Made by a program: the position numbers and the translations under genes. Under the pieces are notes generated by a model, which did no database searches, was not told where the DNA came from, and saw only the letters and a list, made by a program, of their open reading frames with translations. Positions 1 through 6,368 of a stretch of DNA of 6,368 bases are shown one piece after another (the stretch's first letter is position 1; every line of letters begins with the position of its first letter). Origin of the DNA: Octopus sinensis (taxonomy: Eukaryota); NCBI RefSeq assembly GCF_006345805.1, contig NW_021829321.1, forward strand, positions 1 through 6,368. Direction: 5' to 3'.

Positions 1-286
1 TACCACATCAATTACTACCACCCATACTGTCATACTGGCACCGACACACTATACAACAAACTACTACATCAGAAACTTCAACACCAGTACCACATCATTA
101 CCACCACCCATACTGTCATACTGTCACCGACACATACATGACAAACTACTACACCAGTACCACATCATTACTACCACCCATACTATGATACTGGCACCAA
201 GACACTACCACAGCATCTACTATGTCGCAAACTACTATAGCAGTAGCACGTACTAGCGCCCAAACTGTCATGCTGGTTCCAAGGCA
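1..286. repeat. Degenerate ~70-bp tandem repeat, 2 full copies, a partial third and a decayed fourth; may be truncated by the window start
   Basis: The unit TACCACATCA(A)TTACYACCACCCATACTRTSATACTGKCACC(R)... starts at 1, 88 and 158. The period is 70 between copies 2 and 3; copy 1 has a ~17-nt insertion. A decayed copy TACTAGCGCCCAAACTGTCATGCTGGTTCCAAGGCA lies at 251-286. Confidence 0.85.
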
Positions 287-410
287 TAATAATTAAGAGT
301 GGATCTGTACACTAACTCCCTAACTGCAATATCATGTTCATTTATCTGTAACCACAAATACTATCTCCGATACTGTATCGTTTATCATGACACTAACACT
401 TCACCACAAC

Positions 411-485
411 ACTGCCACCACCACCACCACTACATCAACAACGACAACAACAACAACAACGACGACGACAACGACAACAACAACA
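411..485. repeat. Compound trinucleotide microsatellite (CAC)n-(AAC/GAC)n
   Basis: Read directly: ccaccaccaccaccac followed by caacaacgacaacaacaacaacaacgacgacgacaac. Confidence 0.9.
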
Positions 486-564
486 GTACTGCTACCACCG
501 CAACTACAAGACCACAACAACCACGACTACCACGTCTCCAACACAACCACAATACTACAACAAT

Positions 565-720
565 AACTACTACTACTACTACTACTACTTCTACTACTGC
601 TGTTGCTGCTGCTACTACTGCTGCTGCTTCTGTTGTTGTTGCTGCTACTACTACTACTACTACTACTACAACTACTACTACAGCTACTACTACTACTACC
701 ACCCCCACTACTACTACTAC
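565..720. repeat. Compound trinucleotide microsatellite (TAC)n-(GCT/GTT)n-(TAC)n
   Basis: TAC runs flank a central GCT/GTT block. This explains the poly-T/A/V/L/S ORFs in several frames. Confidence 0.9.
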
Positions 721-1053
721 ACAACTGCGATGACACTACTATGGTCATCACCAAAACACCACTGCCGGAACTACGACCGATACTGCAACCGATACTGCAA
801 CAATCGTATCACGAACATCAATAACTGTTCTATACTATCACTAGTGACACTACCACCTCAACCACTACGGCAACGCTACCACCGCACCACGGCTCAACGC
901 GACCACACTACTTGTGACACTACCGCCAAGACAACCCACCACCACCACCACCACCAGACACGCTACTGCAGTGGCTACTACAACTACTACTACAGGAACG
1001 CGACGAGACAACTGCCACTAGTGCCAATACCGGCACCACCACAACTACCCCCG

Positions 1054-1090
<37 letters not shown>

Positions 1091-1112
1091 AGCAATCACA
1101 GCAGCAGCAACA
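1054..1112. repeat. (CTA)~12 microsatellite followed by a short imperfect (CAG) run
   Basis: Read directly from the sequence. Confidence 0.9.
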
Positions 1113-1404
1113 GTTGTTATACCGGCACTGCAACTAAAACTACATCAACTACTACCACCACGAGTGACACTACCACAGCCAATACTATCACCCAAACAAC
1201 AGCACCGAAGTAAGTCACTACTACCACCAGCACAACTGGTAGAAAAGTCAATACTATCACCGCAGCCATCACTTCGAACGACATTACAAGAACTCTAGAG
1301 GGAGTACTACCACCGCAACTGTAACAGCGATAGTATTCTAGCGCCACCTCAGCACCAACGCCAACACCAATACTGTACCAAGCAAAAACCAATATAAGAA
1401 CAGC

Positions 1405-2240
1405 ACCACTACAACAAAACTGCTACTAAAAAACAACCACTATTTACTATGCCTATACTACCACGCAAATATCAGCACTACAACAAAACTACTGTTATAA
1501 AACAACCACTGCTTACTACACCTATACTACCACACAAATATCAGTACTACAGCAAAACTGCTACTAAAAACAACCACTGTTTACTACAGCTATACTACCA
1601 CGCAAATATTAGTACTACAACAAAACTACTACTAGAAAACAACCACTGTTTATTACAGCTATACTACCACGCAAATATTAGTACTACAACAAAATTACTA
1701 CTAGAAAACAACCACTGCTTACTACAGCTATACTACCACGCAAATACCAGTACCGCAACAAAACTGCTACTAAAAACAACCACTGCTTACTACGCCTATA
1801 CTAACACGCAAATATTAGTACTACAACAAAACTACTACTAAAAAACAACCAGTTTACTACGCCTATACTACCACGCAAATATCAGTACTATAACAACTGC
1901 TACTAAAAACAACCACTGCTTACTACGCCTATACTAACACGCAAATATTAGTACTACAACAAAACTGCTACAAGAAAACAACCACTGTTTACTACGCCTA
2001 TACTACCACGCAAATACCAGTACCGCAACAAAACTGCTACTAAAAATAACCACTGTTACTACACCTATACTAACACGCAAATATTAGTACTACAACAAAA
2101 CTACTAAAAAACAACCACTGCTTAGTATGCCTATACTAACACGCAAATATTAGTACTACAACAAAACTACTACTAGAAAACAACCACTGCTTAGTATGCC
2201 TATACCACCACGCAAATATTAGTACTACAACAAAACTACA
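1405..2240. repeat. Minisatellite, ~12 copies of a 66-69-bp unit (consensus approx. AGTACTACAACAAAACTRCTACTAAAAAACAACCACTGYTTACTACGCCTATACTAMCACGCAAATATY)
   Basis: The anchor CRCAAATA occurs at 1464, 1533, 1601, 1670, 1739, 1807, 1874, 1940, 2009, 2076, 2142 and 2211. Spacings are 69,68,69,69,68,67,66,69,67,66,69. Units abut with no unique spacers, and the non-triplet unit lengths break any reading frame. Confidence 0.95.
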
Positions 2241-2303
2241 ACAGTAACTGTAATAACAACAGAACAACTACCACCACCATTATCACGATGATCAACGCAA
2301 CAA

Positions 2304-2706
2304 AACAACAACAACAACAACAACAACAGGAACATTAGCAGCAGCAGCAGGCGCAGCAGCAGCAACAGTAGCAGCAGCAGCAGCAGAAACAACAAGTATA
2401 AACTACTACAACAGTGAAATTACTAACTACAATCCAACAGCAGCAGCAGAAGCGTCGGCAGCAGCAGTGTCGGCAGCAGCAGCGTCGGCAGCAGCAACAA
2501 CAACAGCAGCACCCACGTCGTCGACGACGACAGCAGTAGGATCAACAAGGAGAAGAAGGAGAAGATGTAAAAGAACAACAACAACAACAACAACAACAGT
2601 AGCATCTGTGGCAAGAAGAAGAACAACAACAAGAGCAACAACACTGACTACGACGACGACGACGACGACGGCGACGACTACGACAGCAACAACAACAACA
2701 GCAACA
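2304..2706. repeat. Compound trinucleotide field: (AAC)n, (GCA)n, a 15-bp unit x3 (AGYGTCGGCAGCAGC, ~2451-2495), (GAA/GGA)n and (GAC)n
   Basis: Read directly. The 15-bp unit gives PTLLL x3 in the minus-strand ORF 2423-2644. Confidence 0.88.
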
Positions 2707-2832
2707 GAAACTTACTTCTCTCTTTTTACAAGGCAGCAACACACAACATATTGGCTTCAACTTCCTAAACAGAGAAACTCTTTTCTGCTCAGCGCATGTT
2801 TCTTACACTAAGCATCACGTGACCTGCTTAAA

Positions 2833-2875
2833 CGCGGTGGTGGCGATGACGGCGGCGATGGCGACGGCGTCGATG

Positions 2876-2909
<34 letters not shown>

Positions 2910-2961
2910 CGGCGGCGGTGGTGTGGTGATGGTGGTGTTTATGTTTGGCGGCGGCGGCGGA
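2833..2961. repeat. G-rich compound trinucleotide tract (GGC/GAT/GAC/GGT)n
   Basis: ggcggcgatggcgacggc...gacgacgacgatgatgat...ggtggtg...ggcggcggcgg. Its strand skew is opposite to the C/A-rich flanks. Confidence 0.88.
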
Positions 2962-2980
2962 GACACGCAGCAGAGATGCA

Positions 2981-3081
2981 AGTTTGAGGGCCAGAGGTTA
3001 GAGGTCATCCATCCATCCATCCATCGTACTACAGACTAGACCACCACCACCACTTGCACGACAGGCAGGCAGAGCTGTATC
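2981..3081 (+). repeat. Left arm of a degenerate inverted repeat (partner 3460-3527)
   Basis: AGTTTGAGGGCCAGAGGTTAGAGGT(CATC)5GTACTACAGACTAGACCACCACCACCACTTGCACGACAGGCAGGCAGAGCTGTATC aligns collinearly with the reverse complement of 3460-3527. Confidence 0.9.
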
Positions 3082-3150
3082 TGAAGACCACACAACAACA
3101 ACTACAAGCTGTACTGCCATCAATTTACACACACCATACTACATCACAAA

Positions 3151-3281
3151 GAATACTACCGCCGCAACTGTAACAGCGATAGTATACTAGCGCCACCACA
3201 GCTCCAACGCCAACACCAATGCTGTGACACTACCGCCAAGACAACACACCACCACCACCTCCAGAGACGCTACTGCCGTGG

Positions 3282-3321
<40 letters not shown>

Positions 3322-3462
3322 CACCACTACTACCACCACCACCACCACCACCACCACCACCACCACTACTGCTACTACTACTACTATGCCTATACTATCA
3401 CGCAAATATCAGTACTACAACAAAACCACAACAACGGCAACTACCACCACCATTATCACGAT
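3151..3462 (+). repeat. Dispersed direct duplications of upstream blocks (1302-1376, 913-~990, ~2192-2289), joined in part by a (TAC)/(CAC) microsatellite
   Basis: 3151-3225 vs 1302-1376 is ungapped with 6 mismatches in 75 nt by manual alignment. 3223-3290 matches 913-~983. 3382-3462 matches the last minisatellite unit and its 3' flank, including an identical 25-mer CAACTACCACCACCATTATCACGAT (2265-2289 = 3438-3462). Confidence 0.9.
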
Positions 3463-3527
3463 ACAGCCTGTCGTGCAGTGGTTGTCTCGTCTGTAGTATG
3501 ATGACCTCTGACCTCTGGCCCTAAACT
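3460..3527 (-). repeat. Right arm of the degenerate inverted repeat (68 bp; partner 2981-3081)
   Basis: The reverse complement reads AGTTTAGGGCCAGAGGTCAGAGGTCATCATACTACAGACGAGACAACCACTGCACGACAGGCTGTATC. Confidence 0.9.
3502..3514 (-). promoter_or_regulatory. Perfect nuclear-receptor DR1-type motif (AGGTCA-G-AGGTCA); function unproven
   Basis: The + strand reads TGACCT C TGACCT. This is a motif match only, with no evidence of binding. Confidence 0.25.
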
Positions 3528-3582
3528 GTATTAAACTGTCTCATAAACTGTAGCCCATCATACCATAATACACCACACTGAG

Positions 3583-3920
3583 CTACATCATATACTACAT
3601 CATAAACAAAATTAAACTACACCATAAACCACACTACACTGCAAGCTATACTGCATCACCACATCATACTGTGTCATAAACTACATCGCAGTGTACCACT
3701 ATGCTGTATCATAAACTACAGCACATCATGTTATAACTATACCACAGCGAACTACATCATATACTAAATTAAACTACACCATAAACCACACTGTACTGCA
3801 TGCTATACTGCATCACCACACCACACCACACTGTGTCACGAGCTACATTGCGTTTTACCATTCTATACTGTAACATAAACTACAGCACATTATATCATAA
3901 CTAAACCACATGAAGCTGCA
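3583..3920. repeat. Two-copy tandem duplication of a ~160-170-bp unit within a degenerate pentamer-periodic tract (~3530-4060)
   Basis: Shared anchors: CTACATCATATACT at 3583/3752, AAATTAAACTACACCATAAACCACACT at 3609/3766 and CATAAACTACAGCACAT at 3710/3874. Confidence 0.85.
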
Positions 3921-4112
3921 ACAAATACAATACTACATCATGCACGATAGTACAACGCACTGCTCTGGTACTGCACTACATCATACACTACTACAGTGAC
4001 AACACAACAAGCCGCACTATTTATATACTACAACACAAACCACAGCACACCACACAGCAATGTGCTGAACTGCTTTAGAATTAAAAATCATTGAAAACTG
4101 CATAGCAACTTC

Positions 4113-4165
4113 TCACACACAGACACACACACACACAAACTCGCACTAACACGCACACACTTCAC
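4113..4165. repeat. Imperfect (CA)n microsatellite
   Basis: cacacacagacacacacacacacac followed by decayed CA repeats. Confidence 0.85.
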
Positions 4166-4331
4166 ACCATGTCACATAGTCACGCATTCCCATATACTAT
4201 ATATTTGATCAACACCACACAACTACTGTAGCCTATACTGTAATATATAATGCGTAACTTTCTACCGTGTAGTGGTGAAGGATACACGAGCATTGTATCA
4301 CATCCCCAAGCATATTTTCTCTCCCTTTCTC

Positions 4332-4548
4332 TGTGTGTGTGTGTATATATATATGTGTGTGTGTATATATATATATGTGTGTGTGTGTGTGAAGTATGTA
4401 TGTATGTATGTATGTATGTATGTATGTAGTACATATACATTCATTCATAGATTTCATACATACATGCGTATACACACACGCACACACATATGTACATACA
4501 TACATGTATATATGTACACTGCAAACACGTGTTTATAAGTGTGAGTGC

Positions 4549-4587
<39 letters not shown>

Positions 4588-4710
4588 CATGTGTGTGTGG
4601 AGGTATGGATTGATACATAAACAAACAGATGTGTGTGTATATGTATGCCGGTGTGTGTATATATGTATATATGAATGTTTGTATGTGTAGGTGTGTACAT
4701 ATGTATATAT
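4332..4710. repeat. Compound (TG)n/(TA)n/(GTAT)n/(CATA)n/(CA)n microsatellite field
   Basis: Alternating TG/TA at 4332-4391, (GTAT)~8 at 4394-4427, CATA/CA at ~4456-4505, (AT)~13 at 4549-4574 and TG at 4574-4599. Confidence 0.92.
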
Positions 4711-4714
4711 AGCT

Positions 4715-4831
4715 AGATAGAGGGAGAGAGAAAGAGAAAGAAAGAAAGAAAAAGAAAGAAAAAGAAAGGAATGAAGAAAGAAACAGAAAGAAAGAAAGAA
4801 AGAAAAAGAAGGAAAGAAAAAGAAGGGAAGG
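4715..4831. repeat. Polypurine tract, imperfect (GAAA)n/(GA)n
   Basis: About 115 nt that is almost purely A/G on the + strand. Confidence 0.92.
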
Positions 4832-4873
4832 ATATATATATAAGATATATATAATATATATATATAATATATA

Positions 4874-4877
4874 ATAG

Positions 4878-4908
<31 letters not shown>

Positions 4909-5003
4909 GATAGATAGAGAGAAGATAGATAGATAGATAGATGGATAGTAGATAAATGATAGATAGATAGATAGATAGTAGAGATAGAGACAAACAGATA
5001 GAG

Positions 5004-5051
<48 letters not shown>

Positions 5052-5060
5052 CAGACAAAC

Positions 5061-5122
<62 letters not shown>
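4874..5122. repeat. Long compound (GATA)n microsatellite with GACA/GAGA interruptions, preceded by an AT-only tract (4832-4873)
   Basis: About 250 nt of GATA units; the final pure run at ~5062-5122 has ~15 units. Confidence 0.95.
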
Positions 5123-5123
<1 letters not shown>

Positions 5124-5557
5124 AAGAATGAAAGACAGGTGAGTGGAAAGACGCCTACACCGCGTACACCTACAGACTCACAAACGCCCACACCATAATA
5201 TTTATACTCCTACACACACACCTACACGTAACACCTACGGAGTCGAGAAAACCACCATATGGTCTACCGAAGTGCTGGAAATAGCAGTCAGAGCCCTCGT
5301 AAATCTACCTCATCCCTTTATATAAATGTTGCTGTTTCCAAATACATTGGGTATTGTAGTGTAATATTGACGATGACTGTAAATAAGAACCAGCTAGACG
5401 GTCACGGATGGAACCATTTTTGAAATAGAGTTGTTTGCAGGTGTATGTTAAGCAACGACAGTGCCTACACTCACGCCTACACAGCATGAAACACACGCAT
5501 CTTACAAAGACATAACCACTTAATCACAAGATATCTGCATAACAGAAGTACGCTCAC

Positions 5558-5559
5558 TT

Positions 5560-5610
<51 letters not shown>

Positions 5611-5624
5611 CATGTGTGTGTGCA

Positions 5625-5660
<36 letters not shown>

Positions 5661-6090
5661 TATATATACATATATATAGATATATACACATACACACATA
5701 TATATACCTACATATATATATATATATGTATACATGCATATATAAATATACATATATATACATATACATACAAATATATTATATATGTACATATGTATAT
5801 ATAATATATATAATTATATACATACATATATAAATATGCATATAAGTATATATACATATATATATATACATACATGAATATATATAATATATATATCTAT
5901 ATACATGCATATATAAATATACATATACATACATACATATTATATATATATATACAGAAATATATATATATACACACACATATATATATATATGTATATA
6001 TATATAACACACACAAATATATATATATATATAATATATATATATATAGATATATATATATATATATATATATATTGTATATATTATATA
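5558..6090. repeat. Compound (CT)n-(AT)n-(TG)n-(CATA)n followed by a long degenerate (AT)/(AC) tract
   Basis: Read directly. It includes an internal duplication, ATACATGCATATATAAATATACATATA, at 5730 and 5901. Confidence 0.93.
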
Positions 6091-6349
6091 AAACACCGAA
6101 TCCTATAGACAGTTACACAACAATAGACTCCTACACTATATTACACTTTGGGGCTTTACAATATGACATACCAAAGCAACTGTCACCGAAGACGTTCTAG
6201 CCATGGCGAACCTGTCTTTACTTCAACACTATATATCAAAAGATACATTACTCTCCTCTATCCTTCCGTTTTTAACGAGTGTGAGGTGTGATTCAGTAGC
6301 TACTTCTAGCATGTCAGTCAGCCACACAAAATTTCCGTTATTGATTTAA

Positions 6350-6364
6350 TGTTGTTGTTGTTGT
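6350..6364. repeat. Short (GTT)n microsatellite
   Basis: tgttgttgttgttg just before the window end. Confidence 0.7.
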
Positions 6365-6368
6365 GTAG

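Noticed and set aside
776-799. 12-bp tandem duplication ACCGATACTGCA x2
   Set aside because: Ordinary slippage duplication.
299-1392. Thr/His/Asn-rich mucin-like or poly-Leu/Val/Ser ORFs
   Set aside because: Overlapping homopolymeric ORFs on both strands arise from trinucleotide repeats lacking stops. Several use non-ATG starts, none has a recognisable domain, and there is no continuous frame.
1449-1841. ORF with 23-aa repeats as a repeat protein
   Set aside because: It is a translation of the minisatellite. Units of 67 and 68 bp shift the frame repeatedly, so the peptide repeat is not maintained across the array.
1405-2240. CRISPR array (regular ~66-69-bp period)
   Set aside because: The whole unit is repeated with no unique spacers, there are no cas genes, and the context is eukaryotic SSR-rich DNA.
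2516-2529. Perfect 14-bp palindrome CGTCGTCGACGACG
   Set aside because: It is just (CGT)n meeting its complement (ACG)n within a trinucleotide field, with no sign of function.
2815-2825. TCACGTGA E-box overlapping a TGACCT half-site
   Set aside because: A single 8-bp motif has appreciable chance occurrence in 6 kb, and there is no promoter context.
2423-3496. Poly-Ala/Thr/Cys/Ser/Val ORFs (2423-2644, 2467-2811, 2542-2760, 2808-3020, 3187-3405, 3224-3496)
   Set aside because: These are microsatellite translations with no domain content.
2981-3527. Firm call as an autonomous or classifiable transposon
   Set aside because: There is no transposase ORF, no visible TSD and no superfamily-diagnostic terminus, so it is kept only as a hypothesis in the findings.
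5151-5482. Recurrent CCTACAC/CCTAC words (5154, 5169, 5209, 5221, 5234, 5464, 5476)
   Set aside because: They are irregularly spaced short words in CA-rich decayed sequence, not a telomeric or defined array.
5143-5496. Short ORFs in the unique segment (5143-5325 +, 5305-5496 -)
   Set aside because: They are only 60-63 aa, have no recognisable motif, and are of a length expected by chance.
4180-6200. YI/CV/HT/LSIY-repeat ORFs, including the 205- and 245-aa minus-strand ORFs
   Set aside because: These are classic spurious translations of (AT)n, (TG)n, (CATA)n and (GATA)n repeats.

Overview
This window is non-coding, extremely simple-sequence-rich eukaryotic DNA, most likely intronic or intergenic. 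The density of (AT)n, (CA)n, (GATA)n, (CATA)n and trinucleotide repeats resembles genomes such as penaeid shrimp or cephalopods, but that taxonomic guess is inference only. I can support no protein-coding gene, RNA gene or CRISPR array; nearly all listed ORFs are microsatellite or minisatellite translations and none shows a recognisable domain. Supported structure: a ~70-bp tandem repeat (1-286); a ~12-copy 66-69-bp minisatellite (~1405-2240); a ~160-170-bp tandem duplication built on a 5-bp period (3583-3920); and many compound microsatellites. The most unusual feature is a ~550-bp segment (2981-3527) bounded by degenerate inverted repeats, each carrying an AGGTCA DR1-type motif. Its interior is a reordered mosaic of blocks that also occur elsewhere in the window. 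This could be a foldback/capture-type element, a template-switching scar or an assembly artefact. I see no evidence of a new gene system.
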